Source: Opitutaceae bacterium
Lineage (GTDB): Bacteria > Verrucomicrobiota > Verrucomicrobiia > Opitutales > Opitutaceae
Reading direction: 5' to 3'
DNA: 64,000 nucleotides
NCBI GenBank assembly: GCA_016794785.1
Contig: JAEUHC010000007.1
Span: forward strand, 43,710-107,709
Shown here: piece by piece, positions 37,398 through 47,171 of the stretch
Layout of the letters: the number at the start of each line of letters is the position of its first letter
How positions within the stretch are numbered: position 1 is the stretch's first letter
Translations under genes and position numbers: made by a program
The notes under the pieces: generated by a model
Databases searched by the model: none
Told to the model about the DNA's origin: nothing
What the model saw: only the letters and a program-made list of their open reading frames with translations

Positions 37398-38888
37398 TCA
37401 AAGCGCGGCTGGTGCCGCGCCGCGCCAGCCGGCCTTCCACTGCGCCAAGAGTTTTTCGACAAGCGCGGCGTGATCGGGGCGCTGGGCGAGATTCTGGTTC
37501 TCCTGCGGATCGGTCTGGTGGTCGTAGAGCTCGATGGCGTCGATCTTCGCATGGTCGTTGCGGTGGACCCAGACGACGAAGCGATGGCGCTCGGTGCGCA
37601 TCGCGTAACCCATGAGCTGCTGGCCGGCGTTGGTGCGAGGATACTGGCTGAAGGCGGCCTGTTTCCAGGCGCGCGCGGGATTCTCGATGAGCGGCTTGAA
37701 ACTCAGGCCTTCGAGATGCGACGGGAGCGGCAGGCCGGCGAACTCGGCTAGGGTGGGATAGATGTCCACAAACTCGACGAGGCCGTTGGTCTTGGCGCCG
37801 GTGTGTTTCTGGCCGGGCACGGAGAGGAGGAGCGGGCTGTTGGTGTCGTTCTCGGTGTTGGTGTGTTTGCACCACGCATCGTGCTCGCCGAGTTTCCAGC
37901 CGTGGTCGCCCCAGACGATCACGATGGTGTTCTTGCGGAGGTCGAGGCGGTCGAGTTCGTCGAGCACACGGCCAAGCTGGGCGTCCATGTAGGAGATGGC
38001 GGCGTAGTAGCCGTGCTTGAGCTGGCGCGCGAGGTCGTCGGGAATCGCGCCGGCGGGGATGCCGTGGTAGGCGCGCATCTCGCCGCCCGCCTGCACGGCA
38101 TAGTCGGGTGCGTCCTTCGGGCGAAATTTGTTCGGCGCGAGCTGGATTTTGGCTGGGTCGTAGAGGTCCCAATATTTTTTGGGCGCGACGAAGGGCAGGT
38201 GCGGTTTCACAAAACCGACGGCGAGGAAGAAGGGGTCCTTCTTGCGCGCGATTTCACCGAGTGCGGTGATGGCGAGCTTCGCGGTCTGGCCGTCGGCGAA
38301 AGTATCGTCTGGCACGTCGGCGCCCTCGAAGGCGGGGCCGCGGGAGCCGGGCACGGTGGGGGCTTTCTGCTTCTTGCCGTTTTTCTTCTTGGCGGCGTCG
38401 GTGGCATCGGCGGTGGCAAACTGGCGCTGGTTGAGCGCGAGGTTTTCGGGGAGCCCGTAGGCTTGGCCGCGCGGTTGTTGCCACGGCACGGACCAAGTGG
38501 GCGCGTCGTCGTAACCGCCGTGGTAGATCTTGCCCATGCCCTGGACGAAGTAGCCGTGATTCTTGAAGTGTTGGCCGAGCGTGACGACGTGGGGCAGTGC
38601 GGTGCGGAAATGCGTGACGAGGTCCCAGACCTTGGTGGTGTCGGGTCGTGCGCCGGTCATGAGGCTCGCGCGCGAGGGCGAGCAGACGGCCTGCTGGCAG
38701 TAGGCGCGGTTGAACGTGATCCCTTCCCGCGCGATCCGGTCCAGGTTGGGGCTCTTGATGTAGCTGGCGCCGTAGGCCCCGAACTCAGGACGCAGGTCGT
38801 CGACGGCGACGAAGAGGATGTTGGGTCGGTCGGCAGCGAAGGCTGCCAACGTGGCGAATAATGCGCAGGTCGAGGCAAAGATTTTCAT
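37398..38888 (-). CDS. Sulfatase (iduronate-2-sulfatase-like)
   Basis: PNILFVAVDDLR, CSPSR, GKIYH, KPHLPF, GDHG. Confidence 0.92.
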   Translation of the reverse strand: MKIFASTCALFATLAAFAADRPNILFVAVDDLRPEFGAYGASYIKSPNLDRIAREGITFNRAYCQQAVCSPSRASLMTGARPDTTKVWDLVTHFRTALPHVVTLGQHFKNHGYFVQGMGKIYHGGYDDAPTWSVPWQQPRGQAYGLPENLALNQRQFATADATDAAKKKNGKKQKAPTVPGSRGPAFEGADVPDDTFADGQTAKLAITALGEIARKKDPFFLAVGFVKPHLPFVAPKKYWDLYDPAKIQLAPNKFRPKDAPDYAVQAGGEMRAYHGIPAGAIPDDLARQLKHGYYAAISYMDAQLGRVLDELDRLDLRKNTIVIVWGDHGWKLGEHDAWCKHTNTENDTNSPLLLSVPGQKHTGAKTNGLVEFVDIYPTLAEFAGLPLPSHLEGLSFKPLIENPARAWKQAAFSQYPRTNAGQQLMGYAMRTERHRFVVWVHRNDHAKIDAIELYDHQTDPQENQNLAQRPDHAALVEKLLAQWKAGWRGAAPAAL

Positions 38889-38985
38889 GTGAAATGGGGC
38901 TATTGGAGTGCGAACACCTGCATGGCATGTCGTGCAAATGCGAAGTGTCCTCGAACCGGGAGCGGCATGAGAGAGGCACGTGAGT

Positions 38986-39942
38986 CTACTTTTTGGACTT
39001 CTTCTTCTGGTTTGGAGCCGGTGGGGCTGGCAGCGCAAAGGTTATTGCCCGAGCGATTGAGGCGAGCGAGACGGTGGAGTGATCCTCGTCCTGAAAAATC
39101 GTGTAGCGGACGGCGAGTTGTTCGGGGTTCAATTTGCCGAGGCGATCAGCGAGATTTCGGGCATTGGCGACCATGCCGTTGGCTGCCTCGTCTGCTCGTG
39201 CTGCCGGGTCCGGCCCGCTGTATTCCTCCCCGCTTGCGGAGGTCATGAGGATTCGCGCTTTAATGGCACCGTCTCGGGCTTTTTCTGAAAACGCAGCTTC
39301 GTCGACTAGGACGGCACGGTTTCCTTGCCAGATCGATGGGCTTATGGCGAGGTAAGTGCTGAAGTTCGTCGGCGTGCGAAAGAGTGCGCGCAAGACGGCG
39401 AGTCCGCCAATGGATTTTCCATAGAGTATGTAGCGGGCAGGATCGACCGCGTAGCGGGACGCCACGAAAGGTTTGATCTCCTCCTCAATGATGCGGAGGA
39501 AAGCGTCGCAACCGCCTGATCCGTTCGGGAAACGGCTTTGCTCGACCACGACGGTCAGGTCGATGGCCCTTCGGCGGACGACCTCAGCACGATCTTCGGT
39601 CGGGTAGCCTATTCCTACCACGATCGCGGGATCGAAGGATCCGCTGCCCCACGTGGCGGTGTCGGAGGCGGCGCGAAAATACCAGTTGCCGTCGATCACG
39701 AAGAGCACGGGGTAGCGTTTGCCAGGCTCCGCTTTTGGCGCGGAGATCATCAGGCGGTAGGGCTGCCCGTTGATCGCCGAAGTGAAGTCGAACTGACGCT
39801 CGCGCGAGACCGCTACGGGACCGGTGTCGGTGAAGGTGGCTTTGGTGCGGGAGGCATCCTCCGCGGCAGAGCAAAAGCAGGACAAGACGAGCGTCGCGAG
39901 AGTCGTTGGGACAATACTAAACCGGGGGGATTTTTTGGTCAT
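38986..39942 (-). CDS. Secreted alpha/beta hydrolase (IroE/BesA-like esterase)
   Basis: YPVLFVIDG, IVVGIGYP, GKSIGG, EDH. Confidence 0.82.
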   Translation of the reverse strand: MTKKSPRFSIVPTTLATLVLSCFCSAAEDASRTKATFTDTGPVAVSRERQFDFTSAINGQPYRLMISAPKAEPGKRYPVLFVIDGNWYFRAASDTATWGSGSFDPAIVVGIGYPTEDRAEVVRRRAIDLTVVVEQSRFPNGSGGCDAFLRIIEEEIKPFVASRYAVDPARYILYGKSIGGLAVLRALFRTPTNFSTYLAISPSIWQGNRAVLVDEAAFSEKARDGAIKARILMTSASGEEYSGPDPAARADEAANGMVANARNLADRLGKLNPEQLAVRYTIFQDEDHSTVSLASIARAITFALPAPPAPNQKKKSKK

Positions 39943-39990
39943 GGAACTCTTGAACGGCTAGGGCTGAAAGGTTTTGGAAGGGTGAAGGTG

Positions 39991-40007
39991 ATGCAAGCGC
40001 GATGCCC
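39991..40007 (-). promoter_or_regulatory. Putative sigma54 promoter of the esterase gene
   Basis: GG-CATCGCGCTT-GC(A): GG-N10-GC about 50 nt upstream of the ATG. Confidence 0.45.
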
Positions 40008-40064
40008 GCCAATCCTGCTTGTTGCGACGACTCCCATGAGTGGCATCACTGCGAAACCCGTTTC

Positions 40065-40193
40065 TCAATTGAGCGATAGGGTCGGCCGGCGAGTTGCTAC
40101 ACCCTGCGGGCGGGCCGGGGCGGCGAGGACCGAACCGGCGGGGCAGAGGAATGCGGTGAACGTCGCGAGTCGGAACAGCGTAAGTGGGGTCAT
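40065..40193 (-). pseudogene. Collapsed sulfatase remnant
   Basis: MTPLTLFRLATFTAFLCPAGSVLAAPARP (signal peptide + sulfatase start) joined to DNA matching the 3' end of the 41747-43249 sulfatase. Confidence 0.55.
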
Positions 40194-40235
40194 GGGAATG
40201 GCGCCGAGGCTCGGACGTTGGCTGCGGACGGAGGA

Positions 40236-41750
40236 TTAGGGGCGGGGAGCGGCGACGGCCGATTTTTTCTTGCCGGAAGATTTGGCCGACTGGCCGGGAA
40301 GCTCGGGACGGAGGTCGAGCTGGGCGCGGAGATCGCGGACGACCTCGGGGTGGGCGGCGGCGTGGTTGCGGGTCTCGAAGGGATCGGTGGCGTAGTCGAA
40401 GAGCTCGAACTGCGGGGAACCATCGGCAGCGCGGGCGGCAATGAGGCGCCAGCGCTCGGTGCGGATCGTGCGCTGGCCATCGGTCCAGAACGCTCGCGCG
40501 GGTTTCGCAGCCGGGGTGGCGGGACGCTCGAGCTGCGGGCGCAGGCTGCGGCCGTCGAGCCCGGCTGGAGCGGGCAGCCCGCAGAGATCGGCGAGGGTGG
40601 GGAAAATATCCACGGTCTCGACGAGCGCGGTGCTCGTGGCGCCGGGTTGGGAGAGGCCGGGGGCGCGGATGAGGAGAGGGGATCGGAGCGAGTTCTCGTA
40701 GAGGCAGTGCTTGCCCCAGATGGCGTGCTCGCCGAGGAGGAAGCCGTGGTCGCTCCAGAGGACGACGATAGTGCGGCCGGCGGGGTCGAGGGACTTGAGG
40801 GCGTCAAGCACGCGGCCGATTTGCGCATCCACGTAGCTCACGCTCGCGGCGTAGGCGCGGCGTGCCTCGCGGGCGTAGGCGGGATCAGTGTCGGGGTCGC
40901 GACCGGCGTTTCCATAGTTGCGGCGAAATTCGCCGCTCGCATGCCACGTCGAGGGCCACGTCGGCTTGGCAGCGGCGGCGGGAGGGAGCGCGGGGATTGT
41001 TTCCGCATCGTGCAGATCGAAATAGCTTTTCGGCGCGGCGAAGGGCAGGTGCGGTTTGAAGAAACCGACGGAGAAGAACCACGGCTCCGCGGAAGCGGCG
41101 AGGTCGCGGAGCTGCTTCACCGCCTCGTCGGCGACCCAGGCGTCGGGGTAGGCGGAGTCGGGGCCTGGAAACGCCTCGATCGGGGGAGTTTTTCCCGGGG
41201 TGCGCGGAACGCCGTTGGCGTAGCCATGCATAATCTTCTCGGCTTCGCCCCAGGGCGTCTTCGGAATCCATGAGCGTGTCCAGGCGCCGGGGAGTTCCTC
41301 GGGACCGTCGGCCCAGAGTGGGCCGGTTCGGCCCCCAGGGTGATGGGTGATTTTTCCGAGGGCGTAGGTGCGGTAGCCGTGGCGTTGAAGCCACGCGGGG
41401 AGATTGGCGTCGCCCCAGGTGGCGTGAGTGGTGGCGATGCCGCCGTTGCCGACGTGCGCGGCTTCATTCGGGTAGCGGCCGCGCAGGAGGGCGCAGCGCG
41501 AGGCTCCACAGGTGGGCACCTGCACGTAGTGGTGGGTGAAGATGCGAGCGGTGGCGGCGAAAGCGTCGAGTTGCGGCGTGCGGGCATGGGCCGCGCCCAT
41601 CGCGCGGAGATCGTTGCGCAGATCATCGACGGCGATGAAGAGGACGTTGGGACGCTTGGGCGCGGTTGCAGCCGTGGCTGTAGCGGTGGCGGAGAGGGCG
41701 AGGGGGCAGAGCAGGAAAAGAGTGAGGCGGGAAAAGCGGAGGCGTTTCAT
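40236..41750 (-). CDS. Sulfatase (iduronate-2-sulfatase-like)
   Basis: PNVLFIAVDDLR, CGASR, KPHLPF, SDHG. Confidence 0.9.
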   Translation of the reverse strand: MKRLRFSRLTLFLLCPLALSATATATAATAPKRPNVLFIAVDDLRNDLRAMGAAHARTPQLDAFAATARIFTHHYVQVPTCGASRCALLRGRYPNEAAHVGNGGIATTHATWGDANLPAWLQRHGYRTYALGKITHHPGGRTGPLWADGPEELPGAWTRSWIPKTPWGEAEKIMHGYANGVPRTPGKTPPIEAFPGPDSAYPDAWVADEAVKQLRDLAASAEPWFFSVGFFKPHLPFAAPKSYFDLHDAETIPALPPAAAAKPTWPSTWHASGEFRRNYGNAGRDPDTDPAYAREARRAYAASVSYVDAQIGRVLDALKSLDPAGRTIVVLWSDHGFLLGEHAIWGKHCLYENSLRSPLLIRAPGLSQPGATSTALVETVDIFPTLADLCGLPAPAGLDGRSLRPQLERPATPAAKPARAFWTDGQRTIRTERWRLIAARAADGSPQFELFDYATDPFETRNHAAAHPEVVRDLRAQLDLRPELPGQSAKSSGKKKSAVAAPRP

Positions 41751-43249
41751 GGGGCGGGGCGTTTTTGGACCGAAGGGTAGGGTCGGCCGGCGAGGAGTCG
41801 CTGGCCATCGGAAAATCCCTCGGGGCGACCGGCGAGTTGCTGCACCATGCGGGCCCGCCACAGGGCGACGGCCGCGCCGGCGGAGTTGGCACGCGCGAGG
41901 TCGCGTTCTTCGCGCGGGTCGCGTTCGAGATCGAACAGCTGCTCGCTGCCGTCAGCGGGGCGCCAGATGAATTTGTGCCGGCCGTCGGTGAGCGCGTGAA
42001 AGGCCTGAGCGGGGCCGTAAGTGGCGGCGTGCTCAAGGTGCAGCAGCGCGCGCACGGGCGCGCTCGCGCCACGCAACACCGGCACAAGGCTCACGCCGTC
42101 GAGTCTCGGTGAGGGGACGGCCGCGAGTTCGAGGAGAGTGGGCATGATGTCCTCGAGGCACACGGGTGACATCGGGCGGAGCGCGGCGGCGAATTTCAGC
42201 TCCGGTGAGGCCGCGATGATGAACGGGATGTTGGCTGAGCCCTCGTAGGGCTCGCATTTCCTAAAAAACCCGTGGTCGCCCAGCATCTCGCCGTGATCGG
42301 TGCAAAGAATGACGACCCACGGGCGATGGGCGCGCGCGCTGCGCGCCGTGAAGTCGGCGATGAGCGGCGCGACCTGCGCGTCGAGGTGCTCGATGAGCCC
42401 GAAGTAGCCGGCCTGCGCCTTGCGCAGTGTGTCGCCTTCGAGGCGCACGCGCTGGCCCTTCTGGCTGCTCGCGGGCGGGAGATTTTCCCACTTCACCCAA
42501 TCGCCACGCGCGACGGGCGGGAGCGTGGCCGCGAGATATTTTTCAAACAGATCCTTCGGCGGAAACAGCGGCGGGTGCGGCGCGTAGAAGGAGGCCGTGA
42601 GAAACAACGGCCGCTCGGTCGCCGCCTCCGCGACCACCTGCCGCGAGCGCCGCGCAACCCATGTGGTGGGATGGAGCGCATCGGGGAGGTCCCAGGGCTT
42701 CGCCTGCCAGAAATTTGTCGTGAGTCCGAGGCGTTCAATGGTCGCGCGGACACCGCCCGATTCCGGCGCGGCGGCCTTGAGCGCGCGGTCGTAGTCGTCG
42801 TCGTTGAGATAGGTGGAGCCGAGGATTTCCTGGGTGTAGCCGATGTCCGGGTTCGGCGGGTTCTGGTGCATGTTGCGGCCGACGAGCACGGTCGCGTAGC
42901 CGGCCTGCGCCAGGAGTCCGGGCAGGCTGGGGCGGTTGTTCTTGAACGGCGCGTAGCCGACGAGACCGCTCGTGGACGGAAACGTGCCCGTGAGCAGCGA
43001 AAGCCGCGCCGGGATGCACGACGGGCATGTGGAGTAGGCGCGGCGAAACAGCGCGCCGTGCATCGCGAGCGCGTCGAACGTGGGCGTGCGCACGACGGGA
43101 TGGCCGACGGCTGACAGGGCGTCGCCCCGCATCTGGTCGGGCATGAGCAGCAGGATGTCGGGCGCTGGCGCAGCCATCAAACTGCACGTGATGGTGAAGA
43201 ATGCAGCCACCCGTGACGTGAAAGCGGAAATTTCCAGGGATCGTTTCAT
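41747..43249 (-). CDS. Sulfatase (choline/arylsulfatase-like)
   Basis: PDILLLMPDQMR, CIPAR, PHPP, TDHG. Confidence 0.9.
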   Translation of the reverse strand: MKRSLEISAFTSRVAAFFTITCSLMAAPAPDILLLMPDQMRGDALSAVGHPVVRTPTFDALAMHGALFRRAYSTCPSCIPARLSLLTGTFPSTSGLVGYAPFKNNRPSLPGLLAQAGYATVLVGRNMHQNPPNPDIGYTQEILGSTYLNDDDYDRALKAAAPESGGVRATIERLGLTTNFWQAKPWDLPDALHPTTWVARRSRQVVAEAATERPLFLTASFYAPHPPLFPPKDLFEKYLAATLPPVARGDWVKWENLPPASSQKGQRVRLEGDTLRKAQAGYFGLIEHLDAQVAPLIADFTARSARAHRPWVVILCTDHGEMLGDHGFFRKCEPYEGSANIPFIIAASPELKFAAALRPMSPVCLEDIMPTLLELAAVPSPRLDGVSLVPVLRGASAPVRALLHLEHAATYGPAQAFHALTDGRHKFIWRPADGSEQLFDLERDPREERDLARANSAGAAVALWRARMVQQLAGRPEGFSDGQRLLAGRPYPSVQKRPAP

Positions 43250-43390
43250 ACGGTGCGTGAGGTCCGGTCCTATGGCTGATAATCGAAATCTACGGCGGGG
43301 ATAGTGAGGTTCTGGTCACTGGCAACCCTGTGGATGTGGCCGCACTGCATCCTTGTCGAACGGCCGCACCAGCCCGTGCGCAAGCCAGCC

Positions 43391-43670
43391 CCAGCACGGT
43401 CTCAAGCACGACCGAGACGCCGAAGTCGCGGCGCTCGCGGGAGAACTTCCACGCGGTCACGGATGCCTTCAGCGCCTGGCTAGCGGCTTCGATCCGTGCT
43501 TTCTCCTGCGCACGTGGACGTGCTCCTCAATAATCGCGTGTCTGCCAGCGCGGCGGCATCTTGTTGCGGCGCATCGCATCTTTGCCGCGACAGTCCTGAT
43601 TGGTAGAGCGAGGGCCGGCAGCGTGATTGAGCACCCATGGGCCCGTCGCACCAAATGGTCGTCGCCAATA
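43391..43670 (-). pseudogene. Decayed copy of the tolC 3' region
   Basis: 43391-43499 matches 45974-46082 at 100/109 nt; weaker similarity continues to about 43670. Confidence 0.7.
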
Positions 43671-43702
43671 CATCGATTGCCCCTTTCCAATGGGTCGTCG
43701 CC

Positions 43703-45814
43703 CTAAAACCGGCGGGTGAAATTGAGGCGCACCGTGCGCGGCTCGGCCGGGTGGAAGTGCCGATCGTCCACGCCCGCCGCGGCCTCGCCCGGCAGGCGGG
43801 AGAGATAGAAATACGCGATGTCTTGGCTGCGCCGATCGAGGGCGTTCAGCACGTCGATGGCCACGTCCCATGACTTGGCGCGCCAGCCGAGCCGCACATA
43901 GAACAAGAGGGAGGAGGCGGCGCGCACGGAGTTGTCCTCAATGAGCGGTTGCGGGCCGAAGTAGCGGAGGCGCACGCTGCCGCCGAAGCCCTCGCGTCCG
44001 CCGAACACCGTTCCCGCCGTCAGGACGGTGGAGATGGAGTTGGCGATGCGCGTGCCGCCGCCGGCGTCGTCGCGGTAACGCGCCTGCGTGAGCGCGAGGT
44101 CACCGTCGAACGCCAGCCACGGCGAGACGCGGTAGAAGTTGGCCCACTCGAGACCATGACGGCGCGTGCGGCCCGTGGCTTCTGTGCCGCCGGCGTCGCC
44201 CACGAAGACGAGCTCCGAATCAAGATCGAGCGTCCAGGCAGTGAACGAGGTGACGAGGCCAGGGACGGCGGCGGAGCGCACGCCGATTTCCGCGCCGCGC
44301 GAGCGGGCGAGGGGCGTGACGCGATCGACGGGCGTCACGCCGTCGGTCGGATCAATGCGGATGGTGGTGCCGCGCGCGTCGTTGCTGTGGAAGCCGAAGC
44401 CAGCATTGGCGTAGAACTCGGTCTTGGCCCACGGCCCGAGCGCGAGTCCGGCCTTGGGGCTGAGGATGTCGGCGAGGCGGCGGCCGGAATTGCGCGCGTC
44501 ATCGCTCGTGACCTGGAAGCTGTAGGCGTCGGCGCGCACACCGGCGGTCGTGCGGAGCCAATCGCTCCAACGTGTTTCGTTCCGTGCGAAGACGCCGAGG
44601 CTGGCTTCATTGACCTCGTCGTCGCGCACGGTGGAGAGCCGCTGGCGCTGCGCCGTGCGATGCAGGCCGAGTTCGCCGATGCGATCCGCGCGGGCTTGCA
44701 CGCCGATCGTCGTCTCGCCGCGGCCCGGGCCCGTCCACGTGCGGGTGAGCGCGCCACCGGCAACCCAGCGCCGGTCGCGCTGGTTGAACTGGTCGCCATT
44801 CACCGGGTCATCGAGGAAGTAGGTGAAATTGGAAAAAAGATTCAGCCGATAGTGGATCGCGTAGGCGTTGAGGCGCGTGGTGGCCTCGGCGCCCTTGATC
44901 GTGGCGTCGAACGCGAGGCTCGCGCGATCGCTCTCGCCGCCGTTGCTGGCGTCGACATGGCCGAAGCGGTCGAGCAGGCCGGCCGCGACGGCGCGCTGGG
45001 GGATCTGATCGGTTGCGCGCCACTCGCCGCGATAGGCCGTGGCGGTGAGGCGAAGGTCGGCTTGCGGGGTGCTCCAGGCGTGGCGCAGGAAAACATTGAG
45101 GCGCTCGGAGTCCTGGCGGAGCTGCCAGGGCCCGTTGTCGCGCGTGAACTCGAGGGCGCCGGTGGTGGCCGCCGCGCCGGTGCGCACGGTGAGGCCGCCG
45201 GCGAATCGCGCATAGCCGTTTTCGCCGACGGTGAGCGTCGCAAAGGGCGCGCGCAACGCGTCGAATTGCCGAAATTCCGCGGCCCCGGCGGCGGAGAAAT
45301 CGCCGACCTCGGCGAAGAACGGCCCCTTGTTGTAGTCCACCTGCCGGACCAACTCGGGGATGATGAAATTGAGATCGGAGTAGCCCTGGCCGTGGGCGTG
45401 CGAGCGCATGTTCACCGGCAGGCCATCGACGCTGAGGGAGAAATCCGTGCCGTGGTCGAGGTTGAAGCCGCGCAGGAAATACTGATTGGCCTTTCCGTCG
45501 CCCGAATGCTGCGTGATGACGACGCCGGGGACGACCTCGAGCAGTTCACCGCGCCGCAGAAAGGGTCGCGCCTCAAGCTCAGCCGCGCCCACGATGCCCT
45601 GCGAGGCCGACATCGCCACTCCGACCAGATCCGTGTCGCGGCCCTGCACGACAAGGGGGGCGAGTTGCGTGGGGGGCGGCGAGCCGGCGGCGTGGCTTTG
45701 CCCGGACAAGGCCGGGGGGACGCAGGAGCCGAGGGCCAGCAGCGCGCACCAACCTCCACGAGCGAGAGACGAGGACCGCGGGTCGGAAAAGGGGCGGCGC
45801 GCACGAGTGATCAT
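43703..45814 (-). CDS. TonB-dependent receptor
   Basis: HSGDGKANQYFLRGFNLDHGTDF, HAHGQGY, GFHSNDARG, C-terminal F. Confidence 0.88.
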   Translation of the reverse strand: MITRARRPFSDPRSSSLARGGWCALLALGSCVPPALSGQSHAAGSPPPTQLAPLVVQGRDTDLVGVAMSASQGIVGAAELEARPFLRRGELLEVVPGVVITQHSGDGKANQYFLRGFNLDHGTDFSLSVDGLPVNMRSHAHGQGYSDLNFIIPELVRQVDYNKGPFFAEVGDFSAAGAAEFRQFDALRAPFATLTVGENGYARFAGGLTVRTGAAATTGALEFTRDNGPWQLRQDSERLNVFLRHAWSTPQADLRLTATAYRGEWRATDQIPQRAVAAGLLDRFGHVDASNGGESDRASLAFDATIKGAEATTRLNAYAIHYRLNLFSNFTYFLDDPVNGDQFNQRDRRWVAGGALTRTWTGPGRGETTIGVQARADRIGELGLHRTAQRQRLSTVRDDEVNEASLGVFARNETRWSDWLRTTAGVRADAYSFQVTSDDARNSGRRLADILSPKAGLALGPWAKTEFYANAGFGFHSNDARGTTIRIDPTDGVTPVDRVTPLARSRGAEIGVRSAAVPGLVTSFTAWTLDLDSELVFVGDAGGTEATGRTRRHGLEWANFYRVSPWLAFDGDLALTQARYRDDAGGGTRIANSISTVLTAGTVFGGREGFGGSVRLRYFGPQPLIEDNSVRAASSLLFYVRLGWRAKSWDVAIDVLNALDRRSQDIAYFYLSRLPGEAAAGVDDRHFHPAEPRTVRLNFTRRF

Positions 45815-45863
45815 CGCGAGTGCTTCGTCTGGCGTGCGCCGTCGGATGCGATCCGCGGTGATA

Positions 45864-47171
45864 TTATGGCCCCGGCGTGCCACCCACCGCCCGCTGGAGC
45901 GCGTAGTGCGCAGCGTTGTGCTCGGCGATGGCCTGGAGGTAGTCGAGGCGGGCCTTGGTGTAGTCCTGCTCGGCCAGCACGGTCTCAAACACAACCGAGA
46001 CTCCGAAGTCGCGGCGCTCGCGGGAGAACTTCCAGGCGGTCTCGGATGCCTTCAAAGCCTGGCTCGCGGCTTCGAGCCGTGCGGTCACCCCGCGCACGCG
46101 GGCGTGCGCCTCGATGACTTCGCGGGTGACTTGGTCGCGCAGGCGTTCCTGCTCGAGTTTCGTCGTGCGGCTGCGGGCGTCGGCGGCGCGGGTGCGCGCG
46201 CTGTCGAAGAGACCGCCGGGGCCGACGCGCCAGCTCACGCCGATCGCGTAGTCCTCGCTGTCGTGAAATTCGCCCCAGGTGTTGCCTCCACGGCCGCCGC
46301 GCAGGCCACCCACTTGGGCGCTGGCACCGACGCTCGGCAGCAGCGGACCGACCCGCGCAGCCTTGGCCTGCGTCGCGGCGGCTTCGGAGATCGCGCCGGC
46401 TTGGTTGATCTCGGGCCGGCGGGCGAGCGCCTGCGCGATGAGCGCGCCTGGCGTGACCTCGGCGGGGAAAAGCGTGAGCGGCGCCAGCTCGCCTTCGCGC
46501 GGCTGGAGATCGGTCGCGGGCGGGAGGCGGAGCATCGTGGCGAGGCGGGCGGCGGCGATGGCGCGCTGCTCCGCGGCGGTGGCGGCGAGCGTGCGGTTCC
46601 GGGCCGACTGCGCCTCGGCGCGCGCGGCATCGCCCGCGGAGGCGACGCCGGCGATCACGCCGTTGCGAACCTCGGCGGCATAGCTGTCGGCCACGCGCTG
46701 GGCTTCGCTGGCGGCGCCCACGGCGGCTTGGGCGCGCGCGAGTTCGAAATAACCCGCGGCGGCCTGCGCCACGGCTTCGAGCCGGCGGGCATTGAGCGAT
46801 TCGCTGGCGGCGCGCGTCAGTTGCTTCGCGGCGAGCGACTGGTAGTAGGCCTCGCCGACATCGACCTGCGCGGCGATGGTCACGCCGAGGCCGAGGGACT
46901 GCTTCCGGGTGTCGAGCATGTTGCCCACGACATCCTGCAGGCGGCCGTCGTGGCGGCGCCACGCGACTCCGGGCGAGATCCATGGGAAAAATTTCTGCCG
47001 GGCCTGCTCGTGCGCCGCCTCGGCCTCGGCGAGGCGCTCCTGCGCGACAGCGACATCGAGATTCTGCGCGCCGGCGAGGCGCAGAGCCGTCGCGAGATCG
47101 ATGGGGTAAGGGGCGTCCGCCGCGCTGAGCGCGGTGGCGGCGAGAAGGGCGAGGAACGCAGCGCGTTTCAT
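45864..47171 (-). CDS. TolC-family outer-membrane efflux protein
   Basis: Signal peptide, two OEP helical repeats; downstream of MFP/RND. Confidence 0.85.
   Translation of the reverse strand: MKRAAFLALLAATALSAADAPYPIDLATALRLAGAQNLDVAVAQERLAEAEAAHEQARQKFFPWISPGVAWRRHDGRLQDVVGNMLDTRKQSLGLGVTIAAQVDVGEAYYQSLAAKQLTRAASESLNARRLEAVAQAAAGYFELARAQAAVGAASEAQRVADSYAAEVRNGVIAGVASAGDAARAEAQSARNRTLAATAAEQRAIAAARLATMLRLPPATDLQPREGELAPLTLFPAEVTPGALIAQALARRPEINQAGAISEAAATQAKAARVGPLLPSVGASAQVGGLRGGRGGNTWGEFHDSEDYAIGVSWRVGPGGLFDSARTRAADARSRTTKLEQERLRDQVTREVIEAHARVRGVTARLEAASQALKASETAWKFSRERRDFGVSVVFETVLAEQDYTKARLDYLQAIAEHNAAHYALQRAVGGTPGP

Noticed and set aside
43391-46082. Diversity-generating retroelement TR/VR pair
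   Set aside because: Mismatches are not adenine-specific, are mostly synonymous, and no reverse transcriptase is in the window
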